Assembly: GCA_030740435.1 (NCBI GenBank)
Contig: JASLXG010000039.1
Location: 595 to 64,594, forward strand
Origin: Alphaproteobacteria bacterium
GTDB lineage: Bacteria; Pseudomonadota; Alphaproteobacteria; UBA2966
Direction of reading: 5' to 3'
Length of the DNA stretch: 64,000 nucleotides
Under the pieces are notes generated by a model. That model did no database searches. It saw nothing but the letters and a program-made list of their open reading frames with translations, and was not told the origin of the DNA. Of the stretch, positions 20,145 to 32,957 are shown in pieces (within the stretch, counting starts at the first letter, position 1; every line of letters starts with the position of its first letter). A program made the position numbers and the translations under genes.

Positions 20145-21538
20145 AAGCGTTGAACCCCGTGCTTGTCTCCGGACGGGAAGTGTTGCCCTTGGTCGAGGGC
20201 GGCAAAGGTGTGGCGGTGACCAACGGCGAATGTTCGGGGGCCTGGGCGGCGGCCGGCGGGGTAGGGACGTTCTCGGGCGTCAACGCCGACAGCTACGACG
20301 AATTCGGCGTCGTCATCCGGCAAATCTATCACGCCAAGACGCGCCGCGAGCGTCACGAGGAGCTGATCGCCTACGCCATCCGCGGCGGCATCACCCAGGC
20401 CCAAATCTGTCACGAGACGGCCGCCGGCGAGGGCCGCATCCACGTCAACATCCTGTGGGAGATGGGCGGCGCGCAGCACGTCGTCGAAGGCATCCTGGAG
20501 GGCGCCAAGGGCCTCGTCCATGGCGTCACCTGCGGCGCCGGCATGCCCTATAAGATCGCCGAAATCGCCGCCAATTACGGCGTTTACTACTATCCCATCG
20601 TGTCTTCGGCGCGGGCCTTCAGGGCGCTCTGGAAACGCTCCTATAACAAGTTCGCCGAGCTCATGGGCGGCGTCGTTTACGAGGACCCCTGGCTGGCCGG
20701 CGGCCACAACGGGCTGACCAACTCGGAGGATCCGCTAAAGCCCGAGGCGCCCTATCCCCGGGTGCTGGCGCTACGCCAGGAAATGCGCGCCTTCGGGCTT
20801 GATCAGACGCCGATCGTCATGGCCGGCGGCGTCTGGTATCTGCGTGAGTGGCAGGATTGGATCGATAATCCCGAGCTCGGCCCGATCGTCTTCCAGTTCG
20901 GCAGCCGCGGCCTTTTGACTCAGGAAATCCCCATTCCCGAGGCCTGGAAACAGCGCCTGATGACGCTGCGCGAAGGCGATATCCTGCTCAACCGTTTCAG
21001 TCCCACCGGGTTCTATTCCTCGGCCGTGCACAACGACTTCCTGCGTGAGCTCGAGCAGCGCAATGCCCGCCAGGTCAGCTATGCCAGCGCCGCCGACGGC
21101 GATCATGCGGCCGAGCTTGGCATCGGCCCGCGCAACCGCCTGGTCTATCTGAGCGAGAGCGACCGCAAGCGGGCCGAGGAATGGATCGCCGACGGCAACA
21201 GCGTGGCGCTGCGCACACCGTCGCAGACCTTGATCTTCGTCAGCCCCGAGCGGGCCGCCGAAATCCGTACCGACCAGGTCGATTGCATGGGCTGTCTGAG
21301 CCATTGCCAGTTCTCCAACTGGGCCGAGAACGAGGAAGGCACCACCGGCAAGAAGTCGGACCCCCGCAGCTTCTGCATCCAGAAAACCCTGCAAGACGTG
21401 ATTCATACCGACAATACCGAGAACAACCTCATGTTCGCCGGGCACGGGGCCTATCGCTTCGCCAGCGATCCCTTCTATTCCAACGGTTTCATCCCCACGG
21501 TGCGCCAGCTCGTTGAACGCTTGATGACAGGCGACTAG
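20141..21538 (+). CDS. nitronate monooxygenase (2-nitropropane dioxygenase)-like FMN TIM-barrel oxidoreductase, long form (about 465 aa)
   Basis: NMO/NPD-family pattern (…GGVGTFSG…[10 protein letters not shown]…[16 protein letters not shown]…IVMAGGVW…). The GTG at 20141 overlaps the pnp stop (GTGA). The ORF-track start at 19763 would run across pnp in another frame. Confidence 0.7.
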   Translation: MKALNPVLVSGREVLPLVEGGKGVAVTNGECSGAWAAAGGVGTFSGVNADSYDEFGVVIRQIYHAKTRRERHEELIAYAIRGGITQAQICHETAAGEGRIHVNILWEMGGAQHVVEGILEGAKGLVHGVTCGAGMPYKIAEIAANYGVYYYPIVSSARAFRALWKRSYNKFAELMGGVVYEDPWLAGGHNGLTNSEDPLKPEAPYPRVLALRQEMRAFGLDQTPIVMAGGVWYLREWQDWIDNPELGPIVFQFGSRGLLTQEIPIPEAWKQRLMTLREGDILLNRFSPTGFYSSAVHNDFLRELEQRNARQVSYASAADGDHAAELGIGPRNRLVYLSESDRKRAEEWIADGNSVALRTPSQTLIFVSPERAAEIRTDQVDCMGCLSHCQFSNWAENEEGTTGKKSDPRSFCIQKTLQDVIHTDNTENNLMFAGHGAYRFASDPFYSNGFIPTVRQLVERLMTGD

Positions 21539-21588
21539 CCAACATCAATGCGTTGCACTGTTTATTGAATTAGTTCAAAATAACCCGC

Positions 21589-21618
21589 GGGGCTGGGCTT
21601 CAGCCCTTTGCTTTTTTG
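21589..21618 (+). terminator. Rho-independent terminator after the NMO-like gene
   Basis: Hairpin GGGCTG-GGCTT-CAGCCC followed by TTTGCTTTTTT. Confidence 0.65.
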
Positions 21619-21694
21619 TCAGGCGTTCTATCTAAGGGGTAGGGGCGCCAAGGGGCGGAACCTATCGTCGTCTATCAGAACCGTTGAGGCCACC

Positions 21695-22117
21695 GTGGAA
21701 CAACAACGACCCTATTTCGAGGCTTTGACGCGGCTCAGGGCCGCCAACCTCCGTCCCACCCGCCAGCGGCTGGCGCTTTCAAGGCTGCTTTTCGATGACG
21801 GCGACCGGCACATAACCGCCGAAGTGCTGCACAGCGAGGCCTTGGCCTCCAATGTCAGGGTGTCCCTGGCAACCGTCTACAACACGCTGCACCAGTTCAC
21901 CAAAGCGGGCCTGCTGCGCGAAGTGGTGGTTGATTCGGGACGTTCGTATTTCGACACCAACACCACGCCGCACCACCATTTCTTCTTTGAAAAGAGTGGC
22001 CGGCTGGAAGATATCCCGGGCCTTTCCTATTCCATCGACGATCTGCCGCCGCCGCCGCCGGGGACCCTGATCGACAGCGTCGCCGTCGTCGTCCGCTTGC
22101 GGGAGGCGGAGGAGTAG
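21695..22117 (+). CDS. Fur family transcriptional regulator, Irr/PerR-like (no Cys4 structural site, HHH motif)
   Basis: Fur-fold DNA-binding helix (RPTRQRLALSRLLF…VSLATVYNTLHQFTKAGLLREV) and a TPHHHFFFE motif reminiscent of the Irr HxH heme/metal site. Only one Cys is present. The start is uncertain: GTG at 21695, while the upstream ATG at 21608 adds 29 aa. This is the second Fur paralog in the window. Confidence 0.7.
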   Translation: MEQQRPYFEALTRLRAANLRPTRQRLALSRLLFDDGDRHITAEVLHSEALASNVRVSLATVYNTLHQFTKAGLLREVVVDSGRSYFDTNTTPHHHFFFEKSGRLEDIPGLSYSIDDLPPPPPGTLIDSVAVVVRLREAEE

Positions 22118-22299
22118 GCATCTAATTTGGTTTGAAAGGTATCGAGTTGCACTCTTTTTTGGAATCATTCTAGATTTTTCTCGATACCCATCCACATACC
22201 TTGTAAGGTAGCGGCCAGGTTGAACCGCCGAGGCGCGTGATAACCCCGCCGGTGCGGCCGCGACCGCTCATTCCGATGACGCCCATGAGGGAGAATCCG

Positions 22300-22719
<420 letters not shown>

Positions 22720-22746
22720 AGCAGCGCAGTCTGCGAACAGCAAACA

Positions 22747-22772
22747 GGGGAGCGGAAACGCTCCCCTTTTTC
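22747..22772 (+). terminator. Rho-independent terminator immediately after rbr
   Basis: Hairpin GGGGAGCG-GAAA-CGCTCCCC followed by TTTTT. Confidence 0.7.
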
Positions 22773-22809
22773 GTTGCCTCGCAGTGCCGTTCCGCGCATC
22801 TTTGGCGGT

Positions 22810-24168
22810 ATGAAAGAAGGCAGCACCCAAGCCCCCATCCGCCATCCCCTGGCCTGGAGGGAGGCGGATTTTCTCGCCGCCGACAAGATCGAGGCCGAGC
22901 TTACACGGGTCTTCGACATCTGCCACGGCTGCCGGCGTTGTTTCAATCTTTGCGACAGTTTTCCCCGCCTCTTCGACCTCATCGACGAATCCAGGACGGG
23001 CGAGCTCGATTCCGTGTCGCCGGCCGACTATGCCCCGGTGGTGGCGGCCTGCACGCTTTGCGATCTCTGTTTCATGACCAAGTGTCCCTACGTGCCGCCG
23101 CACGAGTTCGACCTCGATTTCCCCCACCTCATGCTGCGCGCCCGGGCCGCTGAATTCGCCGCCGGCCGTGTCGGCTTGTGGCAGCGTCAGCTGGGTCGGA
23201 CCGACCGCAACGGCCGCCTGGCCGGAGCTCTGGCGCCGCTGGTCAACTGGGCCTCGACCTCTGGCAACGGCCTGACGCGGCCGCTCATGGAGGGTGTCGT
23301 CGGTATCCACCGCGAGGCCGAGGTGCCGCGCTTTTGTGCCCGCACGCTGGTCGCCGAGGCGGCAGGCCAGCCGCTCGAGATCAACCGCCAGGCGCCGGCC
23401 ATGGGCCGCCAGGCGGTGCTCTTCGCCACCTGCTTCGTCAATTACAACAACACCGCCAGCGGCCAGGCGGCGCGCCTCGTGCTGGCCCATAACGGCGTCG
23501 ATGCCCAGGTCGCGCACCCAGGCTGCTGCGGTATGCCCCAGTTCGAGCACGGCGACCTGGAGGCGGTGGCGGCCCAGGCGCGCCGGGTGGCCCAGGCCTT
23601 GGCACCGGCGCTCGACGAGGGCCGCGACGTCGTGGCGCTGACGCCGAGCTGTGCGCTGATGCTGAAGTTCGAGTGGCCGTTGTTGCTGCCCGACGACGCG
23701 GCCGTGCGGCGGCTCTGCGAAGCCAGCGTCGACATCTGCCAATACCTCGTCGACATTGCCGCCAACGAGGGCCTGGCGCCTGGCTTGGGGGCCCTCGAGG
23801 GCGGCGTGGCGCTACATCTGGCCTGCCACGCCCGAGCCCAGAACATGGGCCCCAAGGCGGCCGAGATGCTGCGTCTTTTACCCGACACCGAACTCAGCCT
23901 GATCGAACGTTGCTCGGGCCATGGCGGCTCCTGGGGCATGATGAAGGAAAATTTCGAGGTTGCCATCAAGGTCGGCCGGCCGGTGGCCCGCCAGGCGGCC
24001 GAAGCGGGCCGGCAATGGCTGGCCTCGGAATGCCCGCTGGCCGGCGCCCACGTGGTGCAGGGGATCGGGCGCCTCGAGGCGGCCGGGCCCGGGGTCCCGG
24101 ATCGGGCCTATCACCCCATCGAGCTGATGGCCCGGGCCTGGGGCCTCGAAGGCGCGGCCCAGCCATGA
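22810..24168 (+). CDS. HdrD/GlpC/GlcF-like (Fe-S)-binding oxidoreductase with two 4Fe-4S ferredoxin motifs and two CCG cysteine-rich domains
   Basis: Ferredoxin motifs [11 protein letters not shown] and [13 protein letters not shown]. Cysteine-rich CCG domains (…ATCFVNYNN…PGCCGMP… and …LTPSCALM…CSGHGGSWG…). ATG at 22810 (MKEGSTQAP…). Confidence 0.8.
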   Translation: MKEGSTQAPIRHPLAWREADFLAADKIEAELTRVFDICHGCRRCFNLCDSFPRLFDLIDESRTGELDSVSPADYAPVVAACTLCDLCFMTKCPYVPPHEFDLDFPHLMLRARAAEFAAGRVGLWQRQLGRTDRNGRLAGALAPLVNWASTSGNGLTRPLMEGVVGIHREAEVPRFCARTLVAEAAGQPLEINRQAPAMGRQAVLFATCFVNYNNTASGQAARLVLAHNGVDAQVAHPGCCGMPQFEHGDLEAVAAQARRVAQALAPALDEGRDVVALTPSCALMLKFEWPLLLPDDAAVRRLCEASVDICQYLVDIAANEGLAPGLGALEGGVALHLACHARAQNMGPKAAEMLRLLPDTELSLIERCSGHGGSWGMMKENFEVAIKVGRPVARQAAEAGRQWLASECPLAGAHVVQGIGRLEAAGPGVPDRAYHPIELMARAWGLEGAAQP

Positions 24169-24758
24169 GCGCGGCCCAGCGCCGCCTCACCCGGGCCGAC
24201 ATCATGGCCCCCGAGGCCTATGCCGCCGAGCGCCGCCAAAGGCGCCGGGAGCTGATGGCGCTGAAGGCCGACCGCCGCCTCGAGGTCGGCCCTTTCGCTA
24301 CGTTCTATTTCGAAAACTACGACACCATGTGGCATCAGGTGCATGAGATGCTGCGCATCGAAAAGGGCGGCGAGGAACAGATCGCGGGCGAGCTGGCGGC
24401 CTACAATCCGCTGATCCCCCAGGGTCGTGAACTCGTTGCCACGCTGATGCTGGAGATCGAGGAGCCCGAGCGCCGGGCCCGCGAGCTGGCTGGCCTGGGC
24501 GGTATCGAGGAGACGGTGCAACTGCGCCTCGGCCAAAGCCTGGTGTGCGCCGTCCCCGAGGCCGACCTCGAACGCACGGACGAAAAGGGCAAGGCATCGG
24601 CGGTGCATTTTCTCCACTTTCCCCTGAGCGACGACCAGGCGGCGGCGTTCCGGGATCCCGCCCAGGATGCCGTGCTGGGCATCGAGCACGCCAACTATGC
24701 CCATTTGGCGCGGCTCTCCGAACGGGTGCGCCAGGCCCTGGCCGCGGATCTGGCCTGA
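24165..24758 (+). CDS. DUF3501-like protein of unknown function, the conserved partner of rubrerythrin/CCG Fe-S proteins
   Basis: 197-aa hydrophilic product with no recognisable catalytic motif. The start overlaps the upstream stop (ATGA). Size and neighbourhood (rubrerythrin plus HdrD-like) match the DUF3501 family. The family label is from memory and needs a search. Confidence 0.55.
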   Translation: MSAAQRRLTRADIMAPEAYAAERRQRRRELMALKADRRLEVGPFATFYFENYDTMWHQVHEMLRIEKGGEEQIAGELAAYNPLIPQGRELVATLMLEIEEPERRARELAGLGGIEETVQLRLGQSLVCAVPEADLERTDEKGKASAVHFLHFPLSDDQAAAFRDPAQDAVLGIEHANYAHLARLSERVRQALAADLA

Positions 24759-24775
24759 GGCGCCGGTAGCCCGCC

Positions 24776-25786
24776 ATGCCGCTGCTAACCACGCTGGTCG
24801 GCGCTCTGCCCAAGCACACCTTTACGCCCTATGCCATCGGCGGCGGCGGCTACATCTTCGCCGACGCCTTCGGGGCCGAGTACGACCGCCTGCAACAGCA
24901 ACGGCCGCTGGCCGACGTGCTGGCCATGCAGCAGTTTTTGGCCGTGCTCAAGCGGGTGCAACTGGACCTCGACGTGGCCGTCGACGGCGAGCTCTCGCGC
25001 CTGGTCTACTGGCAGTACAACTGCCTCAACATGGCCGGCGTCGAACGTGATGGCGACGAGGTGGTGGTGACCGGACCGCTCTCGCCGGGCCCGGCTATGC
25101 TGGTCGACGACTGGCGCCAGGCCCAGTCCTTCACCGCACGACCGGTCAAGATCGCCACGGCCGGACCAGCGACCCTCAGCGAATACGTCGTCGACCGGCA
25201 CTACGGCGACAAGCGGGCGCTCTGCCAGGCCTTTGCCGCAGCCCTTGGGACCGAGCTGGGGGCGCTGGCCGAGGCCGGCTGCCGCTGGCTGCAGCTCGAC
25301 GAGCCGCAGCTCGGGTTCCAGCCCGAGATGGCGCTGGCCTACGGCTTCGAAGCCGTCGACGCCTGCTTTGCCGGGCTGCCTACCGAAGTCAATCGCGTGC
25401 TCCACATCTGCCGCGGCTACGCCCCCGTCGACGGTGACCGGGAGGGCCGCAATCCGGCCCGGCCCTACGCCCGGCTGGCGCCCGCCATCGAAGCCTCGGC
25501 GGCCGACGTGATCTCGCTCGAGGACGCCTCGGAATACCACGAAGACCTGGGATTCCTGGAACAGCTGGCCACCACCAAGGTGATGTTCGGCGCCGTCTCC
25601 AACCTCGATACCAAGGTCGAGCCCGTCGAGCAGATCCGCGAGCGCCTGAAAACCGCCCTCCAACACGTCGACGCCGAGCGCCTGATCGTGGCCCCCGATT
25701 GCGGCTTCGGCACCTATCGCGACGAGGACGCATCGTTCGTCTGGCAAAAGCTCGCCAACATGGTGGCGGCCGCCAAATCCCTGTAG
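24776..25786 (+). CDS. cobalamin-independent methionine synthase (MetE C-terminal domain)-like Zn-dependent methyltransferase family protein
   Basis: 336-aa UroD/MetE-like TIM barrel. It has the MetE-type zinc ligands: His-x-Cys (HICRGY), a Glu, and a C-terminal Cys (IVAPDCGFG). Starts 17 nt after the DUF3501 gene. Confidence 0.65.
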   Translation: MPLLTTLVGALPKHTFTPYAIGGGGYIFADAFGAEYDRLQQQRPLADVLAMQQFLAVLKRVQLDLDVAVDGELSRLVYWQYNCLNMAGVERDGDEVVVTGPLSPGPAMLVDDWRQAQSFTARPVKIATAGPATLSEYVVDRHYGDKRALCQAFAAALGTELGALAEAGCRWLQLDEPQLGFQPEMALAYGFEAVDACFAGLPTEVNRVLHICRGYAPVDGDREGRNPARPYARLAPAIEASAADVISLEDASEYHEDLGFLEQLATTKVMFGAVSNLDTKVEPVEQIRERLKTALQHVDAERLIVAPDCGFGTYRDEDASFVWQKLANMVAAAKSL

Positions 25787-25841
25787 CCCGCGCTCGGCAC
25801 GCCGTTCGATTGGATGTTCTTCAACCACCTGATTTTATTTG

Positions 25842-25878
25842 AAAAAACTTCCGAGTTCAGCGCTGAACTCGGTTCTTT
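25842..25878. terminator. bidirectional Rho-independent terminator between the convergent MetE-like and PBP genes
   Basis: Perfect palindrome CCGAGTTCAGC/GCTGAACTCGG, flanked by AAAAAA on one side and TTCTTT on the other. Confidence 0.65.
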
Positions 25879-25918
25879 CGGATCCACCGGCACCTGGCCT
25901 CTAGCCGCCCCGGCCAGC

Positions 25919-27793
25919 CTATCGGCCGGCCGCGTCCGGGACCACGGTTGCCGGCGCCACCGGCCGGCCGGCCTTTGCCGCTCTGCCCTCGGCCGGCGTT
26001 GCAACTGCCGCCCGGGCCATGAAGGCGCGCCAGATGCGGGCCGGAAGGCCGGCGCCGGTGACCCGCTTCATGGCCTTTTCGTCATCGTTGCCGACCCACA
26101 CCCCGGTCACCAGGTCGCCGGCATAGCCGATGAACCAGGCGTCGCGGTGGCCCTGGCTGGTGCCGGTCTTGCCGGCCGTGGCGATGCTCAGCCGGGCCGC
26201 CCGTCCGCCGCCCTCCGCCACCGCGGCGCGCAGCATGGCGTCGAGGTCGGCGGCCACGCCGGGCGCCATGACGCGGCCCGGGCCCGAGCCCGAACGGCGA
26301 TGAATCCGGGCCCCGCCAATCTCGCTGATGGTGCTGATGCCGTGGCTCCAGACGCCCCGGCCGCCGGCCGCCACGGTGGCGTAGGCCGTGGTCATTTCAA
26401 GCAGTGAAATGCCAACTGTACCGAGCGCCGTCGAGGGGTGGGCCGGCAGCGGCGAAGTGACGCCGAGCCGCGCCGCGGCCTCGACGACGCGGCGCCGCCC
26501 GGCCCGCTCCGCCACCTTCACGGCCACCGTGTTGATCGAACGCGCAAAGGCCTGGGTCAGGCTGACCGGGCCGGCATATTTGCCTGAATAGTTGCGCGGC
26601 GACCAGCCGGCCACCGTCAGCGGCTCGTCGCGCATTTGCGTCTCGGGCTTGAGGCCGGCCTCGAGCCCGGCCAGGTAGACGAAGAGCTTGAAGGTCGAGC
26701 CCGGTTGGCGGCGCGCCTGGCTGGCCCGATTGAACTGGCTCAGGCGGTAGTCGCGCCCCCCCACCAGGGCCCGCACCGCACCCGCCGGGCTCATCGCCAC
26801 CAGCGCCGCCTGGCTTACCGCCAGACGTTTGCCGGCCGCTGCCAGTTGGCTTTCGATGACCCGCTCGGCGAGCTTTTGCAGCCCCGCGTCCAGGGTGGTG
26901 GTGACGGAGATGTCGCGCCGGGCGTGGCCGCTGTAGCCCGACACCTGCTCGACGATCCAATCGGCGGCGTAGCGTCCGGTCCGGGTCCGCGCCGGTAACT
27001 TCCGAGGCGGCCGCAGACCGGCCAGGCGCTGCCCCGCCGTGGTGGCCTGGGCTTGGCTGATGGCGCCCGAGCGCACCATGCTGGCCAGCACCACCTGGGC
27101 GCGCCCACGGGCGCGCCGGGGGCTGGTGGTGGGGGCATAGCGCGTCGGCGCCTTCAAGAGGCCGGCCAGCAGCGCCGCCTGGCCCAGCGAGAGCCGCCGC
27201 GCCGAGAGGCCGAAATAGCGCTGCGCCGCCGCCTCGACGCCATAGGTGCCGGCCCCCAGGTAGACCCGGTTCAGGTAAAGCGTAAGAATTTCGTCCTTGC
27301 TGAAATTGGCCTCCAGCCAGAACGCCAACAGCACCTCCTGGACCTTGCGCTTGATCGTGCGTTCGGGCTTGAGGAAAAGGTTCTTGGCCAGTTGCTGGGT
27401 GATCGTACTGCCACCCTGGACGATGCGGCCGGCGCGCAGGTTGGCTACCGCCGCCCGCGCCAGGCCGATCAGGTCGATGCCGAAGTGCCAGCGGAAGCGC
27501 CGGTCCTCGATGGCCAGCACGGCCTGGGGCATGACCGGCGGCAGCTCGTCGAGCGCCACCTCGGCGCCGTAGAGATCGCCGAAGCGGGCAAGCGGGCTGC
27601 CGTCGGCGTAATGCAGTAACAGTGCCGGCCGCGGCCGCGGCGCGCCGGGGGCATCAACGTCGGGCAGGTCGTAGGCGTACCAAGCCACCACGCCGATCAG
27701 CAGCACGGCGCCCCAGATGCCCAGCACCGCCAGCCAATAGGCCAAGCGGCCGATCAGGCTGGGCCGGGCTGGGGAAGGCTCTTTTTTCGCCAT
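25919..27793 (-). CDS. class A penicillin-binding protein (bifunctional GT51 transglycosylase / transpeptidase, PBP1-family)
   Basis: N-terminal TM anchor, GT51 motifs (EDRRFRWHFGID…GGSTITQQLAKN…), and transpeptidase motifs STFK, SxN (SIN) and KTGT. Sits at the 3' end of the dnaA-dnaN-recF-gyrB strand. Confidence 0.85.
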   Translation of the reverse strand: MAKKEPSPARPSLIGRLAYWLAVLGIWGAVLLIGVVAWYAYDLPDVDAPGAPRPRPALLLHYADGSPLARFGDLYGAEVALDELPPVMPQAVLAIEDRRFRWHFGIDLIGLARAAVANLRAGRIVQGGSTITQQLAKNLFLKPERTIKRKVQEVLLAFWLEANFSKDEILTLYLNRVYLGAGTYGVEAAAQRYFGLSARRLSLGQAALLAGLLKAPTRYAPTTSPRRARGRAQVVLASMVRSGAISQAQATTAGQRLAGLRPPRKLPARTRTGRYAADWIVEQVSGYSGHARRDISVTTTLDAGLQKLAERVIESQLAAAGKRLAVSQAALVAMSPAGAVRALVGGRDYRLSQFNRASQARRQPGSTFKLFVYLAGLEAGLKPETQMRDEPLTVAGWSPRNYSGKYAGPVSLTQAFARSINTVAVKVAERAGRRRVVEAAARLGVTSPLPAHPSTALGTVGISLLEMTTAYATVAAGGRGVWSHGISTISEIGGARIHRRSGSGPGRVMAPGVAADLDAMLRAAVAEGGGRAARLSIATAGKTGTSQGHRDAWFIGYAGDLVTGVWVGNDDEKAMKRVTGAGLPARIWRAFMARAAVATPAEGRAAKAGRPVAPATVVPDAAGR

Positions 27794-27828
27794 CGCCCGG
27801 CCGCTGCAAGAATCAACGCCCGTGGCGC

Positions 27829-31454
<3,626 letters not shown>

Positions 31455-31546
31455 CGCCAGCTGGCTGGGCTCGGCCCCAAGGGGCCCGGCCTCGAGAGGC
31501 TCGGCCTCGAGAGGTCCCGGCCTGGCTGTCGCCGCCGTCACCGCCA

Positions 31547-32665
31547 TCACACCCGCATGGGCATCAGCACGTAAAGGGCGCCTTCGTCGTTGCCGTCGCG
31601 GACCAGCGTCGGTGACACCGCGTCGGCCAATACGAACTGTGTCTGGTCGCCCTCGATCTGGGCCGTGATGTCGAGCAGGTAGCGGGAATTAAAGCCTATT
31701 TCGATGGCCTCCTGGTCGTAGGAAACGGCGATTTCCTCGGAGGCGCTGGCGCTGTCGGGGTTGTTCGCGGCCAGCACCGCCCGGCCCTGGCTGAGGCTCA
31801 GCTTGACGGCCCGGGATTTCTCCGTCGATACCGTCGAGACGCGGTCGACGGCTTCCGCGAAAACCTTGGTGTCGGACTCCATCAGCTTGTCGTTGCCCTC
31901 GGGAATGACCCGGTGGTAGTCGGGAAAGGTGCCGTCGATGAGCTTCGAGGTGAGCACCGCCTGGTCGAAGGCGAAGCGGATCTTGGTGTCCGATAGCGCC
32001 ACCTCGATGGCGCCGTCGCTTTCCTCGATCAGCTTACGCAGTTCGCCCACCGCCTTTCTCGGCGCGATGACGCCCGGTATGCCGGCGGCGCCTTCGGGCA
32101 GCGGCGTGTCGACCCGGGCCAGGCGATGGCCGTCGGTGGCCACCGCGCGCAGCATGGCCACGCCCCCGGCCTCGGCGGCGTGCAGGTAGATGCCGTTGAG
32201 GTAGTAGCGCGTCTCTTCGGTCGAGACGGCAAAACGGGTCTTGTCGATGAGGCGGCGCAGCTCGCTACCTCCGATCATGAAGCGGTGCGGCAGCTCGCCC
32301 TCGGCCATGGCCGGAAAGTCCTCTCGCGGCAGGCAAGGCAGGTTGAACTCCGAGCGCCCGGCGGTGAGGTTGAGGCGGCCGCCGTCCTCGCTCAGGCCCA
32401 GCGAGACCTGGGCGCCGTCGGGCAGTTTGCGCACGATGTCGAAAAGCGTGTGGGCCGGCGTCGTGGTGGCACCTTCCTGCGCCACCTCGGCCGGGGCACG
32501 GTCGACGATGGCCAGATCGAGGTCGGTGGCGGTCAAGCTGAGCCCCCCCTCGGCCGCTTCGAGCAGCACGTTGGACAGGATGGGAATGGTGTTGCGCCGC
32601 TCGACGACACTCTGAACGTGGCCCAGCGAGCTCAGAAGGTCAGCGCGTTCGGTTGTCAGTTTCAT
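31547..32665 (-). CDS. dnaN: DNA polymerase III beta subunit (sliding clamp)
   Basis: 372-aa product MKLTTERADLLSSLGHVQSVVERRNTIPILSNVLLEA…, with the three-domain beta-clamp pattern. Follows dnaA. Confidence 0.95.
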   Translation of the reverse strand: MKLTTERADLLSSLGHVQSVVERRNTIPILSNVLLEAAEGGLSLTATDLDLAIVDRAPAEVAQEGATTTPAHTLFDIVRKLPDGAQVSLGLSEDGGRLNLTAGRSEFNLPCLPREDFPAMAEGELPHRFMIGGSELRRLIDKTRFAVSTEETRYYLNGIYLHAAEAGGVAMLRAVATDGHRLARVDTPLPEGAAGIPGVIAPRKAVGELRKLIEESDGAIEVALSDTKIRFAFDQAVLTSKLIDGTFPDYHRVIPEGNDKLMESDTKVFAEAVDRVSTVSTEKSRAVKLSLSQGRAVLAANNPDSASASEEIAVSYDQEAIEIGFNSRYLLDITAQIEGDQTQFVLADAVSPTLVRDGNDEGALYVLMPMRV

Positions 32666-32957
32666 GCCTGCCTACGCCCTTTGTTGGGGACAAAAGTCAC
32701 CTGCTTTTCAGCGTTACCGTGCCGTGGCTGGCCGTCAGCCCTGGCGTTTTCGCCGTGCCCGTGAGCGTGCTCGTGAGCAGGAAACCCGGGTCGCCAAACG
32801 CCGCCGCGCGGTCCCGGAAGATAGCCTCGAGCGCAACCCGGGAGTATCCCGGGCAAAGAGCTCGATTTCCGGTTTTGCAGTATAGCAGAAGGCAACCCCC
32901 GCCACACGTTTATTCGCTGAAATCGAGACCCCGGCGGCAGCCGGGCGGGGGCCGGAT

